NCBI GenBank assembly: GCA_965229935.1 | Contig: CBDDKB010000002.1 | Span: forward strand, 772,165 to 836,164 | Length of the DNA: 64,000 bases | Source: Alphaproteobacteria bacterium | GTDB lineage: Bacteria > Pseudomonadota > Alphaproteobacteria > SPJN01 | Reading direction: 5' to 3' | Shown here: in pieces, positions 40,279-50,156 of the stretch | How positions within the stretch are numbered: the stretch's first letter is position 1 | Layout of the letters: the number at the start of each line of letters is the position of its first letter | Notes under the pieces: generated by a model | What the model saw: the letters and a program-made list of their open reading frames with translations, nothing else | What the model was told of the DNA's origin: nothing | Databases searched by the model: none | Position numbers and translations under genes: made by a program

Positions 40279-40857
40279 CTAGGCGTGGCCAGCCTCTGAC
40301 ACAAGGCTTGTGGGGTCGATACCCATTGCGGCCAGCGCGCTATGCCATGCATCGTCGCCATCATGGCGAAACATCATTTCAGGATCAGCGTCACAGGTTA
40401 GCCAGCCATTCATGGCAAGTTCGCTTTCAAGCTGCCCGGGGGCCCATCCGGCATAGCCAAGCGCCACCAATAATTTGTCGGGGCCGTTTCCGTCTGCGAT
40501 CGCGCGCAAGACATCCAATGTTGCGGTCAGGCTGATGGCAGGGTGCAGAACTGTGGTCGCCTCATGATGATAGTCGGGGGAATGAAGAACGAATCCACGC
40601 CCCGGTTCAACCGGCCCGCCCGCATAAAGCGGCAGTTTGATAGCATCCTCATCCGCAGGGGCGATATCGAGCTGTTTTAACAGATCGGGAAAGGTAATGT
40701 CGCCAGCGAGCTTGTTGACGACCAGCCCCATGGCACCTTCTTCTGAATGGGCGCAGACGAAAATAACGCTGTGGGCAAATCGGTCATCGCCCATTGAAGG
40801 CATGGCAATCAGAAATTGCCCTTCCAAGGTCATCATTTCGTCTGTTTCAGTCATCAT
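40279..40857 (-). CDS. yqgE: YqgE/AlgH family protein (UPF0301)
   Basis: 192 aa; GQFLIAMPSMGDDRFAHSVIFVCAHSEEGAMGLVVNK signature. Confidence 0.8.
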   Translation of the reverse strand: MMTETDEMMTLEGQFLIAMPSMGDDRFAHSVIFVCAHSEEGAMGLVVNKLAGDITFPDLLKQLDIAPADEDAIKLPLYAGGPVEPGRGFVLHSPDYHHEATTVLHPAISLTATLDVLRAIADGNGPDKLLVALGYAGWAPGQLESELAMNGWLTCDADPEMMFRHDGDDAWHSALAAMGIDPTSLVSEAGHA

Positions 40858-40962
40858 TGGGAGTCTAGGTCCAGTCAGGACCGTGATGCAAATGCTAAAT
40901 CACCTCACCTAGTTGTGAAAGGACTTGACTCACAGTGTCAGGGGATGAGGGTAAGGTTAGTT

Positions 40963-41805
40963 ATGAATTTTATCTGTCGTTATATCACCTCCTTGGCCGT
41001 ACTGTTGTTGGTAACAACAACGGTGAATGCCGCAAGCCCGCATGGGCCGTGGCAGGAGGACCGCTATGCCAAGGCGCGATTGGTATTCGGGCAGATTGAT
41101 GGCGATCAGGCCCATATTGGGTTGGAAATAAAGCTGGAACCGGGCTGGCATACCTATTGGCGCGCGCCGGGCGATGCCGGGCTGCCGCCCAATTTTGACT
41201 GGACAGCCTCAACAGGCATTTATGCAGATCAAATCAGTGTGGACTGGCCATGGCCGACAGAATTTCGTGATTTTGATTATCAGACATTTGGCTATGCAGA
41301 TCGGGTGATTCTGCCATTAACCGTACCGCTGCGGGCTGATCAGGCGAATATAGTGCTAAATCTAAGTTATGCGGTTTGCGAAGAAGTTTGCGTGCCCCTG
41401 AACGCGCAATTGTCGCTTTCAGTCGAAAAGAATAGCAGCGCGTTTTATAGCTTGCATGACTGGCAGACCCGCGTGCCTGCCTACGCGGCCAGCCTGATAG
41501 TCGAGGCTCGCTATGACAGCACTGGTTTGACGATTGATGTGCCCGGTGCGCAGGGGCGCGAGATGATCGCCGATACAGAAGATGGCCGCATTTTTTATGC
41601 AAAGGCGCTGGATGGGGAGGGGAGGGCGCGTTTTGATTTTACGCCTTCTGCCCTTAATCCTGATCCGACCGGACAGACCATCCGCATTGCCGTAATGGGC
41701 GTGGACGGTGTCCGGTCTCTTGTTACTGAAACCAAGGTGATTGGCAAGGAAGGGCCTTATCAAGAACCTTCGAAGCAAGCTCCTCTTATACAGGATCCCA
41801 AGTAA
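40963..41805 (+). CDS. Secreted DsbD N-terminal-domain-like (DsbC/DsbD-alpha family) thiol:disulfide interchange protein
   Basis: Signal peptide; GWHTYWRAPGDAGLPP and YAVCEEVCVP motifs typical of the DsbD-alpha fold. The ATG at 40963 has an SD. Confidence 0.6.
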   Translation: MNFICRYITSLAVLLLVTTTVNAASPHGPWQEDRYAKARLVFGQIDGDQAHIGLEIKLEPGWHTYWRAPGDAGLPPNFDWTASTGIYADQISVDWPWPTEFRDFDYQTFGYADRVILPLTVPLRADQANIVLNLSYAVCEEVCVPLNAQLSLSVEKNSSAFYSLHDWQTRVPAYAASLIVEARYDSTGLTIDVPGAQGREMIADTEDGRIFYAKALDGEGRARFDFTPSALNPDPTGQTIRIAVMGVDGVRSLVTETKVIGKEGPYQEPSKQAPLIQDPK

Positions 41806-42700
41806 ACACACCTGCGGATGCCTGTGTGGGGTCGGTGAAGTCAGCCTCCATCGCGCGGAAACCGCGTGCCATCAAATCGTCCGCATCCCATCCATTCACG
41901 TTCGACATGCCGCGCACGGGTCGTGGCTGGCTCATCAAAAAGACCTCATTGCCGCGCACGGTAAAGATTTGACCATTGGTTTTCTCGTCAGCGCAAAGGG
42001 CAATGGCAGGCGGGGCAATCTGGTCGGCACGCGTTGATCGTTTCATCCGTTCAACACGTTCGGCGCTGGCCTCATCCTTAACTGGGATGGAGGCGATCAT
42101 GCGTGTCCAAGCAAAAGGCGCAATACAGTTTGACCGCACATTCTTACGCGCGCCTTCCATGGCAATAATGCTCGACAGGCCGACAATGCCCATTTTGGCG
42201 GCTGAATAATTGGCCTGTCCCACATTGCCGATCAGCCCGCTGGTGGAGGTGAACATGACATAGGCGCCGTCTTCCTGTCCGCGGAAATGTTCGATCGTTG
42301 CGCGTGCCATGTTGAAGCTGCCTTTCAGGTGAACTTCGATCACGCTGTCCCAATCAGCCTCGTCCATTTTGTGGAACATGACATCACGCAAAATACCTGC
42401 AGGGTTGATCACGGCATGAAGGCCGCCAAATTCATCCATCGCCTGTTCGAACATGTTTTTCGCGCCGCTCATCAATGCAACAGAGTCTGAATTTGAAACT
42501 GCCTTGCCGCCAAGCTCGCGAATTTCCAGCGCAACCTGTTCTGCGGGGCCGGCGTCGCCGGAATCATCGCCTGCCATGCCGCCGCCCAGATCATTGATGA
42601 CGACATTGCCGCCTTCCTTGGCTGCCAAAAGCGCGCATTCACGACCAATGCCGCGCGCTGCGCCTGTTACGATGACTGTTTTGCCGTCTAGAACACCCAT
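41786..42700 (-). CDS. SDR family oxidoreductase resembling the dehydrogenase domain of multifunctional enzyme type 2 (3-hydroxyacyl-CoA dehydrogenase-like)
   Basis: N-terminal Rossmann TGAARGIGRECALLAAKEGGNVVINDLGGG, a YxxxK site, and a length of about 304 aa. The start was refined to the ATG at 42700 with an SD (GGAG); the ORF-track start at 43036 adds 112 non-homologous residues. Confidence 0.8.
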   Translation of the reverse strand: MGVLDGKTVIVTGAARGIGRECALLAAKEGGNVVINDLGGGMAGDDSGDAGPAEQVALEIRELGGKAVSNSDSVALMSGAKNMFEQAMDEFGGLHAVINPAGILRDVMFHKMDEADWDSVIEVHLKGSFNMARATIEHFRGQEDGAYVMFTSTSGLIGNVGQANYSAAKMGIVGLSSIIAMEGARKNVRSNCIAPFAWTRMIASIPVKDEASAERVERMKRSTRADQIAPPAIALCADEKTNGQIFTVRGNEVFLMSQPRPVRGMSNVNGWDADDLMARGFRAMEADFTDPTQASAGVFTWDPV

Positions 42701-42976
42701 ATTCGATCTCCACTCTTTGATGATTTGCCGCAACCTACATAGAATTTGGGGCTTGTGCCAGCGGTGAGTGAGTGTTACTTGCCGTTTCCATGATCTTTGC
42801 AATGATCCATATGCGACGACGATAGTCATTTGCCGGGCAGGCCATTGGGCCTTTTGCGCGCGCCCATCTGTACGCGCTCCCGGTTTGCAGATTTTCCAAC
42901 CATTAATCTTCTGATTATGATCAAATGACTTGTGCGCCTGACAGAATCGGTCTCGCGCGTTGCACTGGATAAGAAA

Positions 42977-43516
42977 ATGGCTAAGACAGCAGCCCAAAGT
43001 TTGACCTTTACCCTCTCTGCCGCCGATGCGGCACAAACCCCTGTGATTGAGGCATTGTTGGATCGCGCCTTCGGGCCGGGCAGATTGGCCAAAAGCTCAT
43101 ACCGGCTGCGTGAAGGGGTGGCGCCTTTGGCGGCGCTTTGCTTTGTTGCCAATGACGACAAGACAGGCGCGATTTGTGGGTCTATTCAATATTGGCCGGT
43201 ACTGTTGAAATATGATGATGGCAGCACGCCGGCGCCCGCCTTATTGCTTGGCCCCTTGGCCATTGATCCTGATTATCAGGGCAAGGGGATTGGGCAGGCC
43301 TTGATGGCGCATAGTTTGGCGCTCGCCACCGAACAGGGGCACAAGGCCGTCATCCTTGTTGGTGATGAACCCTATTACGCTAAGGCTGGTTTTTCGCGGC
43401 TTGGCGCCTTTGGCTTGCGCCTGCCGGGGCCATTTGATCCCAATCGGCTGTTGGGCCGTAATCTGGTGGAGGGGACTTTGACAGGCAATCCCGCCGCGAT
43501 TATCAAGGCCGAATAG
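42977..43516 (+). CDS. GNAT family N-acetyltransferase
   Basis: DPDYQGKGIGQALM acetyl-CoA binding motif. The start is uncertain (42932 or 42977). Confidence 0.7.
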   Translation: MAKTAAQSLTFTLSAADAAQTPVIEALLDRAFGPGRLAKSSYRLREGVAPLAALCFVANDDKTGAICGSIQYWPVLLKYDDGSTPAPALLLGPLAIDPDYQGKGIGQALMAHSLALATEQGHKAVILVGDEPYYAKAGFSRLGAFGLRLPGPFDPNRLLGRNLVEGTLTGNPAAIIKAE

Positions 43517-43583
43517 GTCTAAAACCTGCGATTTTGGTTGGGCGGGACTTTGCCTTTTCACGCGAAACAGGCATGATAGCGGT

Positions 43584-44213
43584 ATGAGTGACTCAGTAAC
43601 CAAAAAAAGCGGCGATCAGCGCCCGTTTGACAATGTGTTGGCACAGGCCCAAAGCGCGATCAAACGCCGTGGTGTGGCCCCGGTGGAAAAATGGAACCCG
43701 GATTATTGTGGCGAGATGGACATGCGTATCGCCCGCGATGGCACATGGTTTCATGAAGGCACCCCCATTGGCCGCAAGCAATTGGTGCGCCTGTTTTCAA
43801 CAGTGCTGCGCAAGGATGATGATGGCCGCCATTATCTTGTAACCCCGGTCGAGAAGATCGGCATCACCGTCGATGATGCGCCCTTTTTGGCGGTCGAAGT
43901 CGCGGTCGAAGGGGCAGGCCAAGACATGGCGCTGACTTTCCGCACCAATGTGGATGATCAGGTCACGGCAGATAAGGACCATCCGATCCGCGTTGCGATT
44001 GATCCCGATACGGGGGAACCATCGCCCTATGTGCTGGTGCGTGGACGGCTTGAGGCTAAGATTGGTCGTTCGGTTTTTTATGAATTGGTGGCGCTGGGGC
44101 ACGAACAGAGTTTCGAAGGCGGCACCCATTTCGGCCTGTGGTCGGGCGGTGTGTTTCACAGCTTTGGCGAAAAGGATGCGCTGTTCGCCGGGACCGAGAT
44201 TGTGACGGATTAG
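43584..44213 (+). CDS. DUF1285 domain protein
   Basis: 209 aa with a conserved N-terminal VEKWNPDYCGEMDMRIARDGTWFHEG. It lies upstream of the CoA pyrophosphatase gene, as is typical in alphaproteobacteria. Confidence 0.75.
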   Translation: MSDSVTKKSGDQRPFDNVLAQAQSAIKRRGVAPVEKWNPDYCGEMDMRIARDGTWFHEGTPIGRKQLVRLFSTVLRKDDDGRHYLVTPVEKIGITVDDAPFLAVEVAVEGAGQDMALTFRTNVDDQVTADKDHPIRVAIDPDTGEPSPYVLVRGRLEAKIGRSVFYELVALGHEQSFEGGTHFGLWSGGVFHSFGEKDALFAGTEIVTD

Positions 44214-44231
44214 GTCAGGTCAGGGAACGCC

Positions 44232-44888
44232 ATGCCGACACGCATCCTCACACGCGCTTATATCGAAGACCGGCTATTGGACAGAACGCCGGATCCTGAT
44301 GCGCGGTCTGACGCAGACCTGACGCCCTATTGGAATGATTTGCTGCCTAAAAATCGTGTGTTGCGCCCTGCTGCCGTGTTGGTGCCGTTGGTTGAAAGGG
44401 CGTCGGGCCTGAATGTGTTGCTGACGGAAAGGTCGGCTGATCTGCCCAGTCATGCAGGGCAGGTTGCCTTTCCTGGTGGACGCATTGACGATACGGATCA
44501 TGGTCCCGAAGCTGCGGCCCTGCGAGAGGCAGAGGAGGAGGTCGGCCTTAACCCCAACTGGACAAGTTTGGTGGGGCGGCTTGACCATTACCACACCGGC
44601 ACAGGGTTCCACATTACCCCCATCGTTGGCTTTGTTGAGCCTGCCTTCACGCTTGATGAATTGGTGCTGGAGGAGGCTGAGGTCGCAAAAGTTTTCGAAG
44701 TGCCCCTGTCCTTTTTGATGGACCCAAAAAATCATGAAAAACATGCCATCGACTATAAGGGACGGGAACGAATTTACTATGCCATGCCGTATCAGGGTCA
44801 CTATATTTGGGGGGCAACTGCTGGCATGCTGGTGAATATGAGCCATATTCTACTTGGTACCCCCACAGACAAAAGCGGAGTCGCCTGA
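44232..44888 (+). CDS. nudL: CoA pyrophosphatase (NUDIX hydrolase, NudL-like)
   Basis: Nudix box GGRIDDTDHGPEAAALREAEEEVGL. Confidence 0.8.
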   Translation: MPTRILTRAYIEDRLLDRTPDPDARSDADLTPYWNDLLPKNRVLRPAAVLVPLVERASGLNVLLTERSADLPSHAGQVAFPGGRIDDTDHGPEAAALREAEEEVGLNPNWTSLVGRLDHYHTGTGFHITPIVGFVEPAFTLDELVLEEAEVAKVFEVPLSFLMDPKNHEKHAIDYKGRERIYYAMPYQGHYIWGATAGMLVNMSHILLGTPTDKSGVA

Positions 44889-45187
44889 TGCGTCTTGTTC
44901 TGCTGAATATATTTTTGCTGCTCTTGCCCTTGGTCACCTACATGTTGTTTAGGTGGGTGCGCGGTCATAGAGATTTTACAAATCGGCCAACCGTCAGATT
45001 GCTGCTTGTTGGGTTGGTGTTGGTAATCATCAGCCTGTTATGGGTGCGGTTCAACACAGGCGCGGACCCTGATTCCGTTTATGTGCCACCGCATATGGAG
45101 GACGGTAAACTTGTCGGGCCCCATTATGTTGCCCCTGATGAACTAGGCGAGGGGGTTCATCCCGGCGACATTGTTCGCGAAGACTGA
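44888..45187 (+). CDS. Small two-TM membrane protein (hypothetical; DUF6111-like position between nudL and cca)
   Basis: The ATG at 44888 overlaps the nudL stop by 1 nt (ATGA). It encodes two hydrophobic helices. Confidence 0.5.
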   Translation: MRLVLLNIFLLLLPLVTYMLFRWVRGHRDFTNRPTVRLLLVGLVLVIISLLWVRFNTGADPDSVYVPPHMEDGKLVGPHYVAPDELGEGVHPGDIVRED

Positions 45188-45189
45188 CA

Positions 45190-46380
45190 ATGCCTCCCCC
45201 GTCATTTCCCATTGATGAACTGCGGCGCGATAATCAGCCGTTGGATCGGGTCTTGGCAGCCCTAAGCGCCAAGGGGGACGAGGTGCGCTTGGTTGGCGGT
45301 GCGGTGCGCGACCATTTGCTGGGACGATCAACATATGATGTAGACTTAGCGACGACTGCCTTGCCGGAGCAGACAATAGCTTTGTTAAATGGTGCGGGGT
45401 TGAAGCCTGTTCCTGTCGGTATTGAATTTGGCACGGTTATTGGTGTTGCGGACGGGGTGGGATTTGAAATTACAACCCTGCGCGCCGATGTTGAAACAGA
45501 TGGAAGGCACGCCAAGGTCGCCTTTTCCACAGACTGGCAGGAAGATGCCTTGCGCCGTGACCTGACAATTAATGCGTTGAGTGTCGACATGCAGGGCGTG
45601 ATCCATGATTACACCGATGGTATTGCGGATATTGCGGCACGTAGGCTGCGCTTGATCGGCACGCCAATAGACCGGCTGCATGAAGATTATCTGCGTCTGT
45701 TGCGCGTCTTCAGGTTTGCAAGCCAGTTGCCTGAAGATTTCACGATTGATGAGCAGACATTGATTGCCTGCACCCAAGCGCAAAAGGGTCTAAAACAATT
45801 ATCCGGCGAACGTGTGTTTTCAGAGCTGTCCCGCATTTTGGTGGGGCCACAGGTTCTGTCTGTGATTCAGGACATGGAAGCGCGCAGCATTTGGCAAACA
45901 TTGTTTGATCTGTCCATTGATAGTCAGGCGCTGGCTTCCCTTGTTGAACGAGAGCGGGAGCCAGATGCAGTGCGTCGCCTGATGGCTTGTTTCGGTGCAT
46001 CGGAAGCTGCAAATATTTTAAGCGCGCTTAATGCGCCGGGAAAAGAACGCGCCCGTGCTTCATCTGTCGCCGCATTGTTGCGTCCCGGTGCGCTTGACGA
46101 CGAACGCACAATTGTGCGCCGCATTTGGAAAGATGGTGTGCAGCCTGCGATTGATGCCGCGTTGCTTTCCGGGCGCGAAGTGCTTTTGGCCAGAATTGCA
46201 GACCTCGCCACAAAGTCCTTTCCTGTGCAGGGGCGGGATGTGCTGTCACGGGGCGTTGCGCCGGGGCCTGATGTGGGGCGTCTATTGGCGGTGCTTGAAG
46301 ACTGGTGGTTCGATCATGACATGCCTGACCGTGAGGAAAGCCTTGTGCAGCTTGAAAAGCTAATAGTTGCTCATCACTAA
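45190..46380 (+). CDS. cca: CCA tRNA nucleotidyltransferase (poly(A) polymerase family)
   Basis: The head-domain motif GGAVRD...DVDL and an overall length of about 396 aa. Confidence 0.8.
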   Translation: MPPPSFPIDELRRDNQPLDRVLAALSAKGDEVRLVGGAVRDHLLGRSTYDVDLATTALPEQTIALLNGAGLKPVPVGIEFGTVIGVADGVGFEITTLRADVETDGRHAKVAFSTDWQEDALRRDLTINALSVDMQGVIHDYTDGIADIAARRLRLIGTPIDRLHEDYLRLLRVFRFASQLPEDFTIDEQTLIACTQAQKGLKQLSGERVFSELSRILVGPQVLSVIQDMEARSIWQTLFDLSIDSQALASLVEREREPDAVRRLMACFGASEAANILSALNAPGKERARASSVAALLRPGALDDERTIVRRIWKDGVQPAIDAALLSGREVLLARIADLATKSFPVQGRDVLSRGVAPGPDVGRLLAVLEDWWFDHDMPDREESLVQLEKLIVAHH

Positions 46381-46468
46381 GTTAAAAGAGGGACGTGCAA
46401 TTTCGTGTCTTTTGTGCTTTATTCCATTGCTTAATAGATTGGCATAAATCGCGCGAGACAGATAAAAA

Positions 46469-48112
46469 TTGATCAGGTTTCATGGGCCACAGGCAACCCA
46501 TCTACGTCGTGATGGTTTGATTGGCGATTGGAAGTTAAAACGAACTTCCGAAACGACGAAGGCAATGACATTCCTAGATACGTTTGACTGGCGGTTGCAC
46601 AAGCGCGGGATGGAGCTTTGTGTCATCCAGCAAAAGGGTAAGGCCCGTTCAATTGCGCTGGTTAACAGCGAGGGGCATGAGCTTGTTGCGCGCTTACCCG
46701 GACGCCGTCTGCCGAGTTGGGCAGATGAGCTGTCGGGTGATGGTGGCGACGCGGCAATGATGATTGCAGCACAAGTTGCAGCGGGCATAAAGCGCCGCGC
46801 TTTGTTGCCGATGGGCAAGGTTCAATTGAAGCAAACGCAAATTGCATTGCTTGACGATCTTGAAAAGACCATCGCTCATATCTCTATCGCGACGCCTATT
46901 CACGACAATGGCTTGCCCGCAACACAATCAGCCGCGGCGGGAATCAAACCGCTGCGAGGGTATGAGGATGAAGTGCGCGCCTTCTTAAAGGCAGCAGACA
47001 TCGATATAGATGACGATGTAGGGCAGCCGGACTTGCTGACGCTTGCTGCCCAGCAAGTTGGCCGCGCGCCCCTTGACTATCAATCAAAAATCAATGTGCC
47101 AATGGTCGCCGATGACGATGCACGGACCGCAGCCTTAAAAACGTTGCGATCATTGATGGCGGTGCTTGAACAGAATATCAATCCGGTCATTGAGGATATT
47201 GATCAGGATTTCCTGCATCACTTTCGCGTTGCCTGCCGCCGAATTCGTGAGGCTTTGTCTGTGTTTCGCAGCGCCTTTCCCGACGACCGCGTGCAACATT
47301 TCCGGCAGGAGTTTGGATGGGTTACCAAAGTCACCAATGTGACACGAGATTCAGACGTCTACCTTTTGGCGCTTGACGGCTTTCGTGAACAATTGACCGA
47401 GGGGTTGGCTGATGGTCTTGACCCGTTTGAAACGTGGCTACGCCGTCGGCGCAGCTCCTCCCTTGGTGCTGTGCGTCGTGCATTGCGCAGTGATCGTTTC
47501 CAGACTTTGTTGGTTGAGTTTCATCGCTTTTTAGAAGAACAGGAAGCTGCAGCGCTGACTGAAGGCGCAGCCCGACCTGCAAAGCAATTGGGCGACAAGC
47601 GGATTTGGAAAATTTTTCGGCGCATGTATGCAGGCTCCCGCGCGCTGACAGATGCCTCACCTGAAGATGATGTCCATGACATTCGCAAGCTTGGTAAAAA
47701 GCTGCGCTATGGTCTGGAATATTTTAAGACCCTATATGAGCCTGATGACATTGGTGCTGTCATAACAGAGTTAAAGGCACTGCAAGCAGTGCTTGGTGAT
47801 TTCAATGATTATTGTGTGCAGTCCCATGATCTTGAACAATTTGCCAAGCTGATTGCCGCGGGGCAGGCAAGCGACGTGCCCCCCCAAACGCTGCTGACGC
47901 TGGGGGCGCTGATTGATATTTTGAATAAACAGCGCGCCGAAGCGCGCATTCAATGCGATGTTGCCTTTGAACAGTTTGCGTCTGAAGCGAACCGAAAAGC
48001 CTATCGCAAACTATTTCGGAATAAGGCCGAAGATATTGAGCCGCTGGCTTTAGATGTATCTGCTGAAGAGCAGTCGCTGGCGGCCCAAGAAACAACGGAT
48101 CAAGCGCAATGA
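46469..48112 (+). CDS. CHAD domain protein with a degenerate N-terminal CYTH-like region
   Basis: CHAD signatures HFRVACRRIREAL and HDIRKLGKKLRYGLEYF. The N-terminus has a CYTH-like FLDTFDWRLHKRG, but the EXEXK strand is replaced by DWKLK. The ORF-track start is a TTG at 46469; the first in-frame ATG is at 46565 and has an SD. Confidence 0.75.
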   Translation: MIRFHGPQATHLRRDGLIGDWKLKRTSETTKAMTFLDTFDWRLHKRGMELCVIQQKGKARSIALVNSEGHELVARLPGRRLPSWADELSGDGGDAAMMIAAQVAAGIKRRALLPMGKVQLKQTQIALLDDLEKTIAHISIATPIHDNGLPATQSAAAGIKPLRGYEDEVRAFLKAADIDIDDDVGQPDLLTLAAQQVGRAPLDYQSKINVPMVADDDARTAALKTLRSLMAVLEQNINPVIEDIDQDFLHHFRVACRRIREALSVFRSAFPDDRVQHFRQEFGWVTKVTNVTRDSDVYLLALDGFREQLTEGLADGLDPFETWLRRRRSSSLGAVRRALRSDRFQTLLVEFHRFLEEQEAAALTEGAARPAKQLGDKRIWKIFRRMYAGSRALTDASPEDDVHDIRKLGKKLRYGLEYFKTLYEPDDIGAVITELKALQAVLGDFNDYCVQSHDLEQFAKLIAAGQASDVPPQTLLTLGALIDILNKQRAEARIQCDVAFEQFASEANRKAYRKLFRNKAEDIEPLALDVSAEEQSLAAQETTDQAQ

Positions 48113-48855
48113 AAATTCTTGCAGTCTATAATATCAAGGGCGGCGTCGGCAAAACCGCTGCGGCAGTGAACCTTGCCTGCCTTGCCGCGCAGTCCGGGCA
48201 GCGTGTCCTGTTGTGGGACTTGGACCCGCAAGGGGCGGCAAGCTATTATTTTCGGGTCAAGCCTAAGGTTAAGGGCGGCATTAGCCGTTTGCTCCGTGGC
48301 GGTAATGGCATTGCCAAGCGGGTGAAGGAAACCGATTATCCCGGGCTTGATCTATTGCCGGCTGATTTTTCCTATCGTCATTTCGATATAATGATCGATA
48401 AGAAAAAGCCGCATCGCACGTTGCGGCAGGCGTTGGCAGCGTTCAAGAAGTCCTATGACCTGATTATTATTGATTGTCCGCCTTCAATCTCGCGCCTGTC
48501 AGAAGGTCTGTTTACTTTTGCCGACGCATTGATCGTGCCAACAATTCCAACCACACTGTCTGTGCGGACGCTCGAACAATTAACTGAGTTCCATAAAGAT
48601 AATGACCTGTCTGCAAAGCGTATCTGGCCGGTTCTGTCCATGGTTGATAAACGCCGTGTGTTGCACAAGCAGTTGGGACATGATCTGTCGCGCAGTTATA
48701 AACGCTGTTTTGAAACCGCTATTCCCTACACGGCAGATGTTGAGATGATGGGGATCAAGCGTCGCCCCGTTGTCGATTTTGCGCCGCGTTCGGGCGCGGC
48801 AAAGGCCTATACTGCGCTTTGGGGCGAAGTGGCAGAGCGATTGCGCAAAATCTGA
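48109..48855 (+). CDS. Orphan ParA/MinD-type P-loop ATPase
   Basis: Deviant Walker A KGGVGKT with the signature lysine; 248 aa with no HTH. Its start has an ATGA overlap with the CHAD gene stop. Confidence 0.85.
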   Translation: MKILAVYNIKGGVGKTAAAVNLACLAAQSGQRVLLWDLDPQGAASYYFRVKPKVKGGISRLLRGGNGIAKRVKETDYPGLDLLPADFSYRHFDIMIDKKKPHRTLRQALAAFKKSYDLIIIDCPPSISRLSEGLFTFADALIVPTIPTTLSVRTLEQLTEFHKDNDLSAKRIWPVLSMVDKRRVLHKQLGHDLSRSYKRCFETAIPYTADVEMMGIKRRPVVDFAPRSGAAKAYTALWGEVAERLRKI

Positions 48856-48874
48856 TTCAGGCAGATAATGGGGT

Positions 48875-50149
48875 ATGTCGGATACAGACTTACTCATAAG
48901 GCTAACCGTTTCCCTTGCCGTTGGTATTTTGGTCGGGGTAGAGCGTGGTTGGCATGAACGGCACCGCAATGCGGGCGAACGTATTGCAGGCATCCGAACA
49001 TTTACATTGATCGGTTTTTTGGGCGGGTTGCTGACTGGCCTTCCTGTTTTTATGCCTTGGGGGTTTATTGCCGGGTTTGTGGCGATAGCCGTGTTAATGT
49101 CGCTTGGCTGGTATAAATATAGCGGCACTCAAACTGGCATTGGCGTTACCACAGTCATTGCTGTGTTGGTGACTTACGTATTGGGCGGCTTGGCCGGGCA
49201 GGGTGAGATAATTGCAGCAGGTGCCGGGGCGGTGGTCACAGCCTTGTTGCTTTATTTCAAGCCCAGCTTGCATACATGGCTGGAACAGATCCGCGATGTA
49301 GACATAAATGCGGGGCTTCGATTGCTGGCAATATCAGTATTGTTGTTGCCAATTTTGCCTGATCATGGCTACGGCCCATGGCAAGTGCTCAACCCCTTTC
49401 ACATTTGGATTATGGTTGTTGCTATCGCAGGGCTGTCATTTTTTGGCTATGTCCTGATCCGTCTGTTTGGCGCGCGGCGGGGCATCTTGTTTGCAGCGCT
49501 TGCTGGCGGATTTGTTTCCTCTACGGCGGTGACCATTTCCTTTTCCAAACAAAGTTGTGAGGCGACAGGGGCAGGGCGCACCTATATGGCGGGCATATTG
49601 CTCGCCAATTTGATCGTGTTTCCGCGCATGTTGTTGATTGCGGGTGTCATTGCGCCAACAATATTACCAGTCTTGGTCCCAGCGATGGGGGCGGCTGTTA
49701 TTGTTGGGCTCGCCCTCGCAGCGCTTTTGTTGCGCAGGCAAGAAAGCGATATAGCCGATGCAGCGGATATCGCTACATCAATAACTAATCCCCTTCAGTT
49801 GCGTACGGCATTGAGTTTCGGTCTGTTGCTGAGTTTGATTTTGCTTGCCACTCGTGCGGCATCAGAGTTTGCAGGAACAGGAGGTATTTATGGGCTGGCC
49901 TTGTTGTCAGGCTTTGCCGACGTTGATCCGATCAGCCTGTCCCTTGCAACGCAAGTCGCTGGCGATGTCATTAACGCAAAAGTTGCAGCAACAGGTGTCG
50001 CGTTGGCAGTCACTGCAAATTTGATCGTCAAGGGTGCTTTGGCTATCCGATTGGCTGACCAATCCCTTAAGGGCCGCTTGGGCCAAATGTTTGCCCTGTT
50101 TGTCGTGGCTGTATTAGCCGGGCTTGGTGCCGGCCTTTGGATTATTTAG
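48875..50149 (+). CDS. MgtC-family N-terminal domain fused to DUF4010 (integral membrane protein)
   Basis: MgtC-like N-terminus (LAVGILVGVERGWHER...GIRTFTLIG) followed by eight or more further TM helices typical of DUF4010. Confidence 0.75.
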   Translation: MSDTDLLIRLTVSLAVGILVGVERGWHERHRNAGERIAGIRTFTLIGFLGGLLTGLPVFMPWGFIAGFVAIAVLMSLGWYKYSGTQTGIGVTTVIAVLVTYVLGGLAGQGEIIAAGAGAVVTALLLYFKPSLHTWLEQIRDVDINAGLRLLAISVLLLPILPDHGYGPWQVLNPFHIWIMVVAIAGLSFFGYVLIRLFGARRGILFAALAGGFVSSTAVTISFSKQSCEATGAGRTYMAGILLANLIVFPRMLLIAGVIAPTILPVLVPAMGAAVIVGLALAALLLRRQESDIADAADIATSITNPLQLRTALSFGLLLSLILLATRAASEFAGTGGIYGLALLSGFADVDPISLSLATQVAGDVINAKVAATGVALAVTANLIVKGALAIRLADQSLKGRLGQMFALFVVAVLAGLGAGLWII

Positions 50150-50156
50150 GGGGTGA

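Noticed and set aside
42826-43161. 111-aa minus-strand ORF bridging the SDR and GNAT genes
   Set aside because: It overlaps the GNAT start. The upstream extension of the SDR ORF (43036 down to 42701) has no homology-like features, whereas the ATG at 42700 has a good SD.
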